DNA of 64,000 nt from positions 38,861-102,860 of the forward strand of contig CANNBA010000006.1 in NCBI GenBank assembly GCA_947502765.1. The letters are read 5' to 3'. This DNA is from Flavobacteriales bacterium (GTDB taxonomy: Bacteria > Bacteroidota > Bacteroidia > Flavobacteriales > BACL11). A program made the translations under genes and the position numbers. The notes below the pieces were generated by a model that was not told the origin of the DNA, did no database searches, and saw only the letters and a list, made by a program, of their open reading frames with translations. Shown piece by piece: positions 1 to 10,057 of this stretch (positions within the stretch are counted from its first letter, which is position 1; each line of letters opens with the position of its first letter).

Positions 1-1278
1 AAGCCATTTCATAACCTGTTGACATCCAAGGTAATGATAATCCAGACCAACTATTTGAATTAGGGTCCGGCATTTTTAATCCAGCTGGATATGGCAACTC
101 AAGCTCCAAAGGAGTGCTTAAGCCCATTTTATAAATTCTATCAGTAAATTCAGAGGGATTCCCCTTGTAACTATTATTAATAATTGTTGAGATGCCCACA
201 TTTGATGAGATAATAAACGCTTTTTTTATAGATACTCTTCTCAAATTGTGAGGCGAGTCTACCATTACCTTATCATAATATGTTATTCTTCCTCCATGCA
301 GATCAACTGAATCGGTCACTTCAAATTTTCCATCCTCTAATCCAGCAATTACTGATGCCAACTTAAAAGTTGATCCAGGGGCAACATGCTCAGCCATAGC
401 ATAATTAAACCGCTCACTTACTCTATAAAGCGTATCATTTTGAAGTGTATCTTTTTTTAAATTTGCAATTACTTTTATTGCTCCTGTTGCAACCTCCATA
501 AGCACAACACAACCCCATTCAGCATTTTGATTTATCAAAGTTCTTTCTAAAGATTTTTCAGCAACATCCTGCATATCAATATTTATAGTAGTTACTACAT
601 CCTTGCCTGGTTTTGGCATTTTATTACCCTTGGAATCTTGTGAGATCCAAATTCCTTGATCTATTTTTCTTTTAAGATGAGTGCCATCTATGCCTGATAA
701 AATTAAATCATACGCTCTTTCAACTCCAACTGGATTTACTTCTCTATGCTCTCCAATTGTTCTGTGGGCTAATTCTCCAAAAGGAGTCTCTCTATTGGGT
801 CTTTGCTCAGCAATTAAGCCTCCTTTATTCTGATCTAATTTAAGAATGGGAAGCCGCTTTAAGGCAAGTAACTCATTATGATTTACTCTTAACTTGAACC
901 TTACATATCTATTCTTTTTTGATTTTTTTGATATCCGCAAAAACTGCTCGTACTCACTAGCAGTTTTATCTCCAAATAAATCAGAAAGCCCTTTTGAAAG
1001 TGCTACAATATCTCTTTCAAATAACTCATAGTCTATCACACTCATATCAAGATAAACATTGTAAAGAGGCATTGATACTGCTAGTAAAGAGCCGTCATCA
1101 GCCAATATATTTCCTCTAGGAGCCTCTACATTAACAAACTTTGGCTGAGAGTTTGTATTAATTGGGATGTCAAATTGTTGAATTTTTACAATTTGCGCAA
1201 TCAGCCCAAAGGAAATAAGCAGCAAAAATAGGTACAATCCTATTATTCTAAAATTATTATTTTTTGCTTTCTCTTTCA
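1..1278 (-). CDS. ftsI: Penicillin-binding protein 3 / FtsI transpeptidase (N-terminal ~426 codons; the gene runs off the left edge)
   Basis: Absent from the ORF track because there is no stop in the window. Manual minus-strand translation from ATG 1276-1278 gives MKEKAKNNNFRIIGLYLFLLLISFGLIAQ (TM anchor) and stays open to nt 1. It includes APGSTFK (SxxK active-site motif, nt 362-382, in frame). It follows mraZ-rsmH-ftsL as in dcw clusters. Confidence 0.85.
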
Positions 1279-1602
1279 TTATTTTTCAATAATTTCAGCA
1301 GGAGTTAGAGCTGTTTTTAATCCTTGATCTTCAACCAAGATCTCAATAACTGACCTTCTATACATACTCATTAATTCGGATTTTGTGGTAATGGAAGTCA
1401 GTCTTAAATCTGATATTTCTTTTTCTAGTGCAATAGATTTTTTTAGTAGTCCCTCAGCATTAAAAGAGGATCGAATATTTATCAAACCCAAAGCAACTAT
1501 CATCAACAAAAAAGGAATTAATTTTGTGTTACTTTTTTCAGTAATAAATTCGCCCTTTAAAATAGAGCTAAGCGTATTTGAACTATCCTTTTTAGTTGTC
1601 AT
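1279..1602 (-). CDS. FtsL-like small bitopic cell-division protein
   Basis: 107-aa ORF with a single TM helix (LIPFLLMIVALGLINI). It lies between rsmH and ftsI, and its stop abuts the ftsI start. Confidence 0.6.
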   Translation of the reverse strand: MTTKKDSSNTLSSILKGEFITEKSNTKLIPFLLMIVALGLINIRSSFNAEGLLKKSIALEKEISDLRLTSITTKSELMSMYRRSVIEILVEDQGLKTALTPAEIIEK

Positions 1603-2506
1603 TAATTTTTTCTGCTATCCTTAATTTTGCGCTTCTTGCTCTTGAATTTTCTTTAGTCTCAAGATCAGAAGCCACAATCACTTTGCTATTTATTTCTTTT
1701 AATTTTTTTATCGGATTACCAAAAAAATCTTGCTCCATTTTTCCTTCAAAATTTCCTTTTTTCATCAAATTTTTAACTAGCCGATCTTCTAATGAATGAT
1801 AGGATAAAACCACTAATCTTCCCTCAAGATTTAACAATTCCTCAGCACTTAATAGCATTTCTTTAAGAGCTGCGATCTCATCATTAACTTCAATTCTTAT
1901 GGCCTGAAAAACTCTTGCTAAAAACTGATTCCTAAACTTTTCTGGAGACAAATCACGAATTGCATCTATCAACTCAGTTGTAGTATTAATTCTAAAAATC
2001 TCTCTTGCAATTGCAATTTTATTAGCAATTCTTCTTGAATTTCTTAACTCTCCATATTTAAAAAGCACATTGGCCAAATCTTCTTCCGAATAATCATTAA
2101 TTACATCTTTTGCAGATAAATTAGAATTCATATTCATTCTCATATCAAGCTGACCATCAAACCTTGTAGAAAACCCTCTTTCAGCAACATCAAATTGATG
2201 AGAGGACACCCCTAAGTCTGCAAGCAAGCCATCAATTTTTATTACTCCCTCCATTTTTAAAAAATTCTTGAGATGTCTAAAGTTTGCATTTATCAATTTA
2301 AAACTGGGTTGATTAATATCATTAGTCTTGGTACTATCATCTTGATCAAAAGCAAATAATTTTCCCCCATTTAATTTACTCAAGATTGATTTTGAATGTC
2401 CACCGCCCCCAAAAGTGACATCAACATAAATTCCTTCTGGCTTAATTTTCAGCCCCTGTATACATTCGTTTAATAATACCGGATTATGATAGACCATCAG
2501 ATCCAT
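1592..2506 (-). CDS. rsmH: 16S rRNA (cytosine1402-N4)-methyltransferase RsmH
   Basis: 304 aa with YHNPVLLNE near the N-terminus and a DVTFGGGGHS SAM-binding motif. It is immediately downstream of mraZ. The start may be the internal Met at 2497. Confidence 0.95.
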   Translation of the reverse strand: MDLMVYHNPVLLNECIQGLKIKPEGIYVDVTFGGGGHSKSILSKLNGGKLFAFDQDDSTKTNDINQPSFKLINANFRHLKNFLKMEGVIKIDGLLADLGVSSHQFDVAERGFSTRFDGQLDMRMNMNSNLSAKDVINDYSEEDLANVLFKYGELRNSRRIANKIAIAREIFRINTTTELIDAIRDLSPEKFRNQFLARVFQAIRIEVNDEIAALKEMLLSAEELLNLEGRLVVLSYHSLEDRLVKNLMKKGNFEGKMEQDFFGNPIKKLKEINSKVIVASDLETKENSRARSAKLRIAEKINDN

Positions 2507-2960
2507 TTACAGCTTGATTCCCCATCACATCTTCAGCTAGACTTCCAAAATCTTTTAATGTTTCAGAAACAGATGATTCATATCTAGTCTTGTCCCAAAT
2601 CTCAATCATATTCACTGATGATGAAAGCACAATCTCTTTTTCCAAACCAGCAAACGCTAATAAATCTTTTGGTATAAGAAATCTTCCTGAACCATCCACC
2701 TCAACAACTTTCAATCCCGCCATGTAAGATCTGATAAAATCGTTGTTCTTTTTCACAAAACGATTCAGTTTATTTACCTGTCCAACAACCTGATTCCACT
2801 CAATCATAGGATGAATCTCCAAGCACTGGTTAAATACCGATCGCTTTATCACAAAGCCTTCATGAATTACTTTCTGCAACTGCTTTTTAAGTGCATTAGG
2901 AAACATAACTCGCCCTTTAGCATCTGCTTTGCATTCGTATGTTCCTATAATGTTAATCAC
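2484..2960 (-). CDS. mraZ: Transcriptional regulator MraZ
   Basis: 158 aa with duplicated DxxGR-type motifs (DAKGRV, DGSGRF) typical of MraZ. GTG start. First gene of the dcw cluster. Confidence 0.9.
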   Translation of the reverse strand: MINIIGTYECKADAKGRVMFPNALKKQLQKVIHEGFVIKRSVFNQCLEIHPMIEWNQVVGQVNKLNRFVKKNNDFIRSYMAGLKVVEVDGSGRFLIPKDLLAFAGLEKEIVLSSSVNMIEIWDKTRYESSVSETLKDFGSLAEDVMGNQAVNGSDGLS

Positions 2961-3000
2961 TATGTTTTGTTTTAAATCTGGGTGCTAATATACGAATAAA

Positions 3001-3027
3001 CCCCACTTTTCCCCACTCTACCCCACT
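3001..3027 (-). promoter_or_regulatory. Putative MraZ operator: three direct AGTGGGG repeats with exact 10-bp phasing
   Basis: The plus strand reads ccccact at 3001-3007, 3011-3017 and 3021-3027, which is AGTGGGG x3 on the mraZ strand, 41-67 nt upstream of the mraZ start. A degenerate TGTGGGT at 3042-3048 sits 21 nt further upstream. Confidence 0.65.
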
Positions 3028-3133
3028 TTGTTAATAACTTTACCCACATAATTCCATTTATACGCTATTGATTTTGGCCGTTGACATTAATAAATATTTT
3101 CGTTTCTTTGTAATCTAAAATCTACAACTACCT

Positions 3134-3886
3134 ATGATTAAAAAAGAAGGAAAGTTTAAATGGCTAGAAGAAGGTACAGGTGGGAAGCCAATAATTTTAC
3201 TTCATGGTTTAATGGGAGGCATTGATAATTTTGGGGAAATGGTTGATTTCATTTCAGCTGAGTACAAGGTTTATGGACTTGACTTAAAACTTTTTGAAGG
3301 ACGCTTACTAAAAGTTTCCGTCACATCCTTAAGCGATTACCTACATAAGTTTATGAGGCATCTTAATCTTAAAAGCGCTGTCTTAATAGGAAATTCTATG
3401 GGAGGGCATATTGGGTTGATTTTCGCAAAAGAACATCCAGAAATGGTTGATGGCCTTATTCTAACGGGTAGTTCTGGACTTTATGAAAGCGCTATGGGCG
3501 ACTCTTTTCCTAGAAGAGGAGATAAAGACTACATCCGAAAAAAAACTGAAGAAGTATTTTATGATCCAAAAGTAGCTACTGATGAGCTAGTAGATAGTGT
3601 TTTTGAAATTGCAACAAATAGAATCTCTACCCTTAAATTATTAGCTTATGCCAAATCTGCAATAAGACATAATATGGCTGAGGACTTGCCTAATTTGACA
3701 ATGCCAGTATGTTTAATTTGGGGAGCAGAAGACAAGGTAACTCCACCACACGTTGCTGAGGCATTTCATAAATTATTACCAAACTCTGAGCTAAATTGGA
3801 TTTCTTTATGCGGACATGCCCCTATGTGGGAACACCCAAAAAGATTTAGTGAAATTGTACTTCATTTTCTGAAAAACAAATTCTAG
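3134..3886 (+). CDS. Alpha/beta-fold hydrolase
   Basis: 250 aa with an LLHGLMGG oxyanion region, a GNSMGG nucleophile elbow and a late CGH histidine. Confidence 0.8.
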   Translation: MIKKEGKFKWLEEGTGGKPIILLHGLMGGIDNFGEMVDFISAEYKVYGLDLKLFEGRLLKVSVTSLSDYLHKFMRHLNLKSAVLIGNSMGGHIGLIFAKEHPEMVDGLILTGSSGLYESAMGDSFPRRGDKDYIRKKTEEVFYDPKVATDELVDSVFEIATNRISTLKLLAYAKSAIRHNMAEDLPNLTMPVCLIWGAEDKVTPPHVAEAFHKLLPNSELNWISLCGHAPMWEHPKRFSEIVLHFLKNKF

Positions 3887-3893
3887 AAAATTT

Positions 3894-4508
3894 ATGACAA
3901 TTAAAACTGCAGAATTTGTAATTAGCAATACTGATTACAAAAGATGTCCGTCACCACAAATGGCTGAATATGCTTTTATTGGCAGGTCGAATGTTGGAAA
4001 ATCATCTTTAATAAATGCTTTGGTTAACAACAAAAACTTAGCCAAAACATCAGCAAGACCTGGAAAAACACAATTAATAAATCATTTTTTAATAAATAAA
4101 ACATGGTACTTGGTTGACTTGCCAGGATACGGATTTGCGAAAATATCTAAAGAAAAAAGAGCTGAATTTCATGATATGATAAGCGAATATTTATTAAATA
4201 GAACAAACCTTATGTGTCTTTTTGTTTTGATAGACAGCCGTCATAATCCACAAGCAATTGATCAAGAATTCATCCAATGGCTTGCTGAAAACGAAATTCC
4301 TTTTGTGCTGGTTTTTACAAAAACAGATAAACTAGGAAAAACTGTACTTTTGAAAAATATTGAGGAGTATAAATTAGAACTGCTAAAACAGTGGGAGGAA
4401 CTTCCTAAGATATTTATCACCTCAGCAGAAAAGAAAACAGGACTAAGTGAAATTACAACATATATTGAGCAACTGAATCCTCAGTTTAAAGAAATAACTA
4501 CCCCTTAA
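3894..4508 (+). CDS. engB: Ribosome biogenesis GTP-binding protein YihA/EngB
   Basis: 204 aa with GRSNVGKSSLINAL (G1), DLPGYGF (G3) and FTKTDK (G4). Confidence 0.9.
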   Translation: MTIKTAEFVISNTDYKRCPSPQMAEYAFIGRSNVGKSSLINALVNNKNLAKTSARPGKTQLINHFLINKTWYLVDLPGYGFAKISKEKRAEFHDMISEYLLNRTNLMCLFVLIDSRHNPQAIDQEFIQWLAENEIPFVLVFTKTDKLGKTVLLKNIEEYKLELLKQWEELPKIFITSAEKKTGLSEITTYIEQLNPQFKEITTP

Positions 4509-4821
4509 TCTTTGTTTCCTGGGCAAAAAACTCACAATAATCTCTTAAAGCACCTGCAAGCTTATCCTGTCCTGTGGCTTTTTCCAAAGAAGTAGCCATG
4601 GCTATCATTGTTTGATGATACATAATAAACATCTCATGTATAGGCATATCTTTTGTCCATAAATCAATTCGTAAAGTTTCTTTTGTTTTTGCTGCCCAAG
4701 CCGATATCATTAACGCTTTAATATTACCCTCATTTGCAACGCCATCACTTGCATCCATTTTGATGTTTACTGGTAAGTGATTTTCATCCAACTCAACTTC
4801 AAATTTTAAGCTCTTTTTCAT
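4498..4821 (-). CDS. gldC: Gliding motility protein GldC
   Basis: 107 aa with an IDLWTKDM motif as I recall for GldC. It lies directly downstream of a gldB-like gene, as in F. johnsoniae. Confidence 0.75.
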   Translation of the reverse strand: MKKSLKFEVELDENHLPVNIKMDASDGVANEGNIKALMISAWAAKTKETLRIDLWTKDMPIHEMFIMYHQTMIAMATSLEKATGQDKLAGALRDYCEFFAQETKIKG

Positions 4822-4827
4822 TATTTT

Positions 4828-5874
4828 TTATTTAGTTGGTTTGTATTTTGATTGCTGCAAAAAATCCTTTGAATCAGTCAAATACATCAATTCTTCTATA
4901 TCAATTTTATTATTTTCCATGTACTCAGAGACCATTTTATACCCAATAAAATAAGCAACTCTTCCAGGAGCTTCTTTTGGCATTCCTTTTGCAAATGGAG
5001 CATAATTAACGAATGATCTAAATTCACTTTCTTTATTTGAAAAAAGCAAATCCTCCTGAACAAAATATTCCCAAATACTTGCTTCATTTTCTTCTACCCA
5101 AGCCATTTGCTCCCCAGTGAAACGAAACTTGTCTTCTACTGCTAATTCAGGCAACATTTTATCTAAAAAATACATCATTTTTCCTTTATAGATTATTTGT
5201 GACAATAAGTCTCTACCGCCAAGGTATTTTTGAAAATGCTCATTAAACCAGACCTCCATCACATTAGAAGAAATAAATCTTTTTTGCTTTTGAAACCTTA
5301 AATATTCAGGATCTCTTAAATATTGATAAAACTTACTGTTTTCTCCTAAGAAATTTTCTAAACCTATTGCAATATTATTATCATAAGTAACCACTCCATA
5401 ATTAAAGCCTCCAAAAAAAGTAGTTATATCAGGTATAGGATAAGATGGAAAATCGGCAGCAAACTGACCAAAAGCCAACTCTAAATCATTTTGTATAACA
5501 GAGAAATCCGAAAATAAAAGAGCTGTAGAATCGTAAGCTTCACGCAAATCTTTATTTTGAGTAAAAGCTAGTAATTCATTATAATATTGTGCTTTATCCT
5601 TTTGAGATATTTGGAGTATTTGGACTGCAAAAACTTCAGGAAAAGTCCCAAATTCCTTATCCCATTTGTTTGATTTTTCAATAATATTCTTTGTGTTTAT
5701 TGTAAACAACTCCTTTTCAAATCTATTTACTTTTAACGCTACTCTTTCGGCTTTATCAAAAATTCTATTGACTTTTAAAACTTCTTTTTCAACTTTATTT
5801 AAAGATGGTAAAATAAAAATAAGTGCTACAATTAAAATAATGGCCGCCAAAAGAAATAAGACTATTCGTTTCAT
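4828..5874 (-). CDS. gldB: Gliding motility protein GldB-like
   Basis: 348 aa. The size, RF(D/E)K..LF motif and gldB-gldC pairing next to nadE fit GldB. The N-terminus is a hydrophobic anchor without a lipobox Cys. Confidence 0.7.
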   Translation of the reverse strand: MKRIVLFLLAAIILIVALIFILPSLNKVEKEVLKVNRIFDKAERVALKVNRFEKELFTINTKNIIEKSNKWDKEFGTFPEVFAVQILQISQKDKAQYYNELLAFTQNKDLREAYDSTALLFSDFSVIQNDLELAFGQFAADFPSYPIPDITTFFGGFNYGVVTYDNNIAIGLENFLGENSKFYQYLRDPEYLRFQKQKRFISSNVMEVWFNEHFQKYLGGRDLLSQIIYKGKMMYFLDKMLPELAVEDKFRFTGEQMAWVEENEASIWEYFVQEDLLFSNKESEFRSFVNYAPFAKGMPKEAPGRVAYFIGYKMVSEYMENNKIDIEELMYLTDSKDFLQQSKYKPTK

Positions 5875-5899
5875 AGAGCAAAAGTAATAAGTTTTGACT

Positions 5900-5907
5900 T
5901 ACATTTG
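5900..5907 (+). promoter_or_regulatory. Bacteroidota -7 promoter box TACATTTG upstream of nadE
   Basis: Exact TAnnTTTG match with a 9-nt spacer to ATG 5917. It overlaps the TTG that the ORF track used as the start (5905). Confidence 0.5.
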
Positions 5908-5916
5908 CAAACAATT

Positions 5917-6687
5917 ATGCAAACAACAGCCGTAATTACTCACATATCAAATTGGCTTAAAGAGTATGCTAATTCATCCCGTTCTAATGGTTTTGTAATT
6001 GGAATTTCTGGAGGAATTGATTCAGCAGTAGCCTCTGTTTTGGCAGCCAAAACTGGTTTACCTTTAATCTGTTTGGAGATGCCTATTCATCAAAACAAAA
6101 TACAAGTTGAAAGAGGATTAAAACACATTAAGTGGCTCAAAGAAAATTTTTCGAATGTAAGTTCAATGGAGGTGGAACTCACTTCCATTTTTGATGAATT
6201 TATTACAAAACTACCCTCTGACAATAGGAACGAACTCGCCTTAGCAAATACTAGGGCAAGACTAAGGATGACTACTTTATATTATTTTGCTCAGGCCAAT
6301 AACTCTCTTGTTTTAGGAACTGGAAATAAAGTGGAAGATTTTGGAATTGGATTTTTTACAAAATATGGTGATGGCGGAGTAGATATTAGCCCAATTGCTG
6401 ATTTGTTAAAATCTGAAGTTTATGCTCTTGGTAAGGAACTAGGGGTAAATAATGATATTTTAATTGCCTCTCCTACTGATGGGCTCTGGGAAAATGGCAA
6501 AACGGATGAACAGCAGATTGGAGCTACTTACCCAGAATTAGAATGGGCAATGGATTTTAATGGCGATAAAAATTCATTATCAGAAAGGGAGAAAGAAGTA
6601 CTCCAAATTTATACCAAACTTAATCATAAAAACCAACATAAAATGATCAAAATTCCAATTTGCATCATACCTAAACAGCTTAAATAA
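5917..6687 (+). CDS. nadE: Ammonia-dependent NAD+ synthetase
   Basis: GISGGIDSAV PP-loop motif. About 256 aa from ATG 5917. The track start at 5905 is a TTG lying inside the promoter box. Confidence 0.9.
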   Translation: MQTTAVITHISNWLKEYANSSRSNGFVIGISGGIDSAVASVLAAKTGLPLICLEMPIHQNKIQVERGLKHIKWLKENFSNVSSMEVELTSIFDEFITKLPSDNRNELALANTRARLRMTTLYYFAQANNSLVLGTGNKVEDFGIGFFTKYGDGGVDISPIADLLKSEVYALGKELGVNNDILIASPTDGLWENGKTDEQQIGATYPELEWAMDFNGDKNSLSEREKEVLQIYTKLNHKNQHKMIKIPICIIPKQLK

Positions 6688-6785
6688 TTTTTAGCAATAG
6701 TAATTCTGATTGGTAAAAATCAAAACGCACCTAAAAGCGCTTTGGCAAAATAGCGGAGCAAGCGTTTAAATAACTAACCCCCAGT

Positions 6786-8321
6786 TTATTTTTTTAACCT
6801 ACCCTTTACAAAACTTACTATCAAAAGCATAGCGGCAATAAACACAGAAATCCTGCCGATATAATCACCAAAATTTGCATAAAAAGTAGTAGTATTATTT
6901 AAATTTATTGTGGCTTTTAAGCAAACTGCTTCATCCCAATTAGTTTGTTGCAACACCTCTCCTTTAGCATTTATAACACATGAAATACCTGTATTTGCCG
7001 AGCGGACAATGGATTTTCTTTGCTCAATGGCTCTTAATCTGGCATATTGAAAATGTTGCTTATAACCTGCCGTATTTTTCCACCAACCATCATTAGTGAT
7101 TATTGCCAATAAATTTGTTTTACCTAAGTTCATTTCTCCATAAACACTCTCATAACAAATAAGTGGCGAAACCACATTTTCATCAGCTAAAAATGAATTA
7201 AGATAATTTTCACTACCAAGAGAACCACTTGTTCCTCCTAAATTAACAGCCAATTTTGCTAGAGGATCGAGTAAAGCAGGAAAAGGCATCTTTTCCGCCC
7301 CTGGAACTAATTTAGTTTTGTGATACACCTGAACATCTCCGCTATCAGGAATAAAAACTGCAGCATTATATACATCATAAAAGATATTTTCATCTCTTAG
7401 CTCTCTAGCAGTATTTGTTTTCTTATCTGCATGACCAAACATTTTAAAAGTAGTTGCCCCAACCAAAATATTCAAATTAGGAAACTCCCTTTGCAGTTCT
7501 CTAAAAACCCTTACGCTATAACTAACTTCCAACTTATTTTCCCAAATATCTTCTAAAAGTGCGGTTTCAGGCCCAACTAAAAGCTCAGTTTCTTTTGTTA
7601 ACTTTGTTTTTGCCAATGAAATAAAATCATCTAATTGCTCCTCATATCCTTTGCTGAATTTATCAATATATGGATCGACATTGGGCTGCACAATCAATAC
7701 ATTGATGCTTTTTTTATTTTCTTCTTTAAAATTAAAATAGCTATAAAAAGAAATCCCCATTGGAAGCAATAGCACCAATATTGGAAATAAGATTGCTTTC
7801 TTTTTATCCTGTTTTTGATACGCTCTAAATAACAATAGATTTATCAAAATAATCCAAAGAGATCCTCCTAAAAATCCAGTAAACTCATACCACTGAACTA
7901 CTGAAGGTGAATTTGCAAATGCATTTCCTAAAGTAAGCCATGGCCAAGACAAATCCCAATTTAAGTGCAAATATTCCATGGATATCCATAGCACAATAAA
8001 AGAGAAATACCCCAATCTATTTGAAGTTGCCTTTTTTATTTTATGAAAGACCCAAAAAGCTGTTGCCATTAAAGTAGCATTCACAAAAAATGCTGCAATT
8101 GCTCCAAAAAGGGTTGCATGATATACCCAGTAAGTAGTAATAGCATTAAATATAAAAAATGCTAAAAAAGAATACCAAAAAACTTGTTTGCCCTTCTCAG
8201 AGTTTTTCTCTACAATAAACAAAGGAATAAAAGCAATAAAAACCAATGGAAATACTCCAATTGATGGCCAAGAAAATGCCAACAATAATCCACTTAATAA
8301 GGCTAAAAATAATTTATTCAT
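6786..8321 (-). CDS. lnt: Apolipoprotein N-acyltransferase
   Basis: About 511 aa with a multi-TM N-terminal half and a C-terminal CN-hydrolase half (VGPE.., ..CYES.. catalytic Cys context). I chose the start at ATG 8321 (MNKLFLALLSG). Confidence 0.85.
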   Translation of the reverse strand: MNKLFLALLSGLLLAFSWPSIGVFPLVFIAFIPLFIVEKNSEKGKQVFWYSFLAFFIFNAITTYWVYHATLFGAIAAFFVNATLMATAFWVFHKIKKATSNRLGYFSFIVLWISMEYLHLNWDLSWPWLTLGNAFANSPSVVQWYEFTGFLGGSLWIILINLLLFRAYQKQDKKKAILFPILVLLLPMGISFYSYFNFKEENKKSINVLIVQPNVDPYIDKFSKGYEEQLDDFISLAKTKLTKETELLVGPETALLEDIWENKLEVSYSVRVFRELQREFPNLNILVGATTFKMFGHADKKTNTARELRDENIFYDVYNAAVFIPDSGDVQVYHKTKLVPGAEKMPFPALLDPLAKLAVNLGGTSGSLGSENYLNSFLADENVVSPLICYESVYGEMNLGKTNLLAIITNDGWWKNTAGYKQHFQYARLRAIEQRKSIVRSANTGISCVINAKGEVLQQTNWDEAVCLKATINLNNTTTFYANFGDYIGRISVFIAAMLLIVSFVKGRLKK

Positions 8322-8341
8322 ACTCTTTACAAATATTATCA

Positions 8342-8349
8342 TATTTTTG
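8342..8349 (+). promoter_or_regulatory. -7 promoter box TATTTTTG upstream of pssA
   Basis: Exact TAnnTTTG match, only 5 nt (CTCAA) before ATG 8355. Confidence 0.5.
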
Positions 8350-8354
8350 CTCAA

Positions 8355-9077
8355 ATGAATGCAATAAAAAGAAATATCCCAAATTTTATTACTCTAGCAA
8401 ACTTAACTTGTGGTCTGTTTGCCATCATTTTTGCTTTTAAGGGAAACCTAACAACAGCCTCACTTTGTATATTTTTAGGTGCTTTTTTAGATTTTTTTGA
8501 CGGACTTGCAGCGCGACTTTTAAAAATAAGTGGAGAGTTTGGCAAACAACTTGATTCCATGGCTGATATGGTTACTTTTGGAGTAGCTCCAGGTTTTATT
8601 CTTTTTCATTTTATGTTCTACCTAAATAATGATTTGATTTTTCGTCATTCCATGCAAAATAATAGTTTCTTTTTTCCTGCATCATTAGCGCTTTTAATTC
8701 CAATTTTTTCAGCTTACCGTTTGGCTAATTTCAATATTGACTCTAGGCAAACGGATTCATTTATTGGCTTGCCAACGCCTGCATTAGCTATTTTTATTGC
8801 GGCAATTCCTCATATTGATTTTAATAGATTTCCTATGTTTACCGATATGCAATTACTTACAGTGCTTGCAGTAATAATGCCAATACTATTGGTAGTAGAA
8901 ATGCCTTTATTTTCATTAAAATTCAGCAAGAATGAAAGTATTTTGTCTAGAGTAAATATCTTTAGGATTTCACTTATTTTAGCTGCCCTTGTATTATTCT
9001 TGCTATTTGAGTTTGCTGCCATTCCATTTATTGTAATTTTATACCTGATTTTATCACTCTTAAATAATATATTGTAA
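8355..9077 (+). CDS. pssA: CDP-diacylglycerol--serine O-phosphatidyltransferase
   Basis: 240 aa polytopic membrane protein with a CDP-alcohol phosphatidyltransferase motif (DFFDGLAAR ... QLDSMAD). Confidence 0.85.
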   Translation: MNAIKRNIPNFITLANLTCGLFAIIFAFKGNLTTASLCIFLGAFLDFFDGLAARLLKISGEFGKQLDSMADMVTFGVAPGFILFHFMFYLNNDLIFRHSMQNNSFFFPASLALLIPIFSAYRLANFNIDSRQTDSFIGLPTPALAIFIAAIPHIDFNRFPMFTDMQLLTVLAVIMPILLVVEMPLFSLKFSKNESILSRVNIFRISLILAALVLFLLFEFAAIPFIVILYLILSLLNNIL

Positions 9078-9079
9078 TT

Positions 9080-9331
9080 ATGAAGTTCACTGCAGAAATA
9101 GATGTAATGCCACTTAAATCGCTATTAGATCCACAAGGAAAAGCCGTAAGCGCAAGTATGGGAAATGTTGGTTTATCTGAAATTGAAAATGTAAGAATCG
9201 GTAAACATATTACATTAGAAATTGAGGCAGAAAACAAAGAAATAGCTTCAAAAAAAGTTGATGAGGCTTGTAAAAAAATGCTTTGCAATCAAATTATGGA
9301 ATCTTACGAATTTACTATAAAAGCAGTATAA
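9080..9331 (+). CDS. purS: Phosphoribosylformylglycinamidine synthase subunit PurS
   Basis: 83 aa with LDPQGKAV and VRIGKHI motifs typical of PurS. Confidence 0.85.
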   Translation: MKFTAEIDVMPLKSLLDPQGKAVSASMGNVGLSEIENVRIGKHITLEIEAENKEIASKKVDEACKKMLCNQIMESYEFTIKAV

Positions 9332-10057
9332 TTACCTTCTAAGTTCAAAATTCTTACCTAGATATACTTTTCGAACCTGCTCATCTGATGCAAGTTCCTC
9401 TGCAGTACCTTGTTTTAATATTTTTCCTTCAAATAAAAGGTAGGCTCTATCGGTAATATTTAAAGTCTCGTGCACATTATGATCGGTAATCAATATCCCG
9501 ATATTCTTGTTCTTTAATGCAGCAACTATCTCTTGAATATCTTCAACAGCAATAGGATCAACACCAGCAAATGGTTCGTCTAATAATATGAACTTTGGAT
9601 TAGTAGCCAAAGCCCTAGCAATTTCAGTTCTTCTTCTTTCTCCACCTGAAAGTAAACCTCCTTTGTTTTTACGAACTCCTTGCAAGCCAAACTCATTCAA
9701 TAAAGATTCGCATTTTTTATGCCGATCTTCTTTTGACAAATTAGTCATTTCTAATACCGACAAAAGATTGTCCTCAACACTCATTGTTCTAAAAACTGAT
9801 GCTTCTTGAGCTAAATATCCAACCCCCATTTGAGCCCGCTTATACATAGGTAATTTAGTTATGTTTACATCATCTAAATATACATTTCCTCCATGAGGTT
9901 TTACCAAACCAACCATCATGTAAAAAGAGGTAGTTTTTCCTGCTCCATTGGGGCCTAAAAGTCCAACAATTTCTCCTTGTTTTACCTCAACAGAAACACC
10001 ATTAACAACCGCTCTTTTTCCATAGTATTTTACAATATTATCGGCTCTTAAAATCAT
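9332..10057 (-). CDS. lptB: LPS export ABC transporter ATP-binding protein LptB
   Basis: 241 aa with Walker [10 protein letters not shown], signature LSGGERRR and Walker B ILLDEP. YLGKNF near the C-terminus is typical of LptB. Confidence 0.9.
   Translation of the reverse strand: MILRADNIVKYYGKRAVVNGVSVEVKQGEIVGLLGPNGAGKTTSFYMMVGLVKPHGGNVYLDDVNITKLPMYKRAQMGVGYLAQEASVFRTMSVEDNLLSVLEMTNLSKEDRHKKCESLLNEFGLQGVRKNKGGLLSGGERRRTEIARALATNPKFILLDEPFAGVDPIAVEDIQEIVAALKNKNIGILITDHNVHETLNITDRAYLLFEGKILKQGTAEELASDEQVRKVYLGKNFELRR

Noticed and set aside
6688-6785. Palindromic pieces (AAAGCGCTTT and AAACGC...GCGTTT) in the nadE-lnt convergent gap, considered as a terminator or small RNA.
   Set aside because: The stems are only 4-6 bp with very long or zero-length loops, and there is no adjacent T-run. 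I do not consider this reportable.
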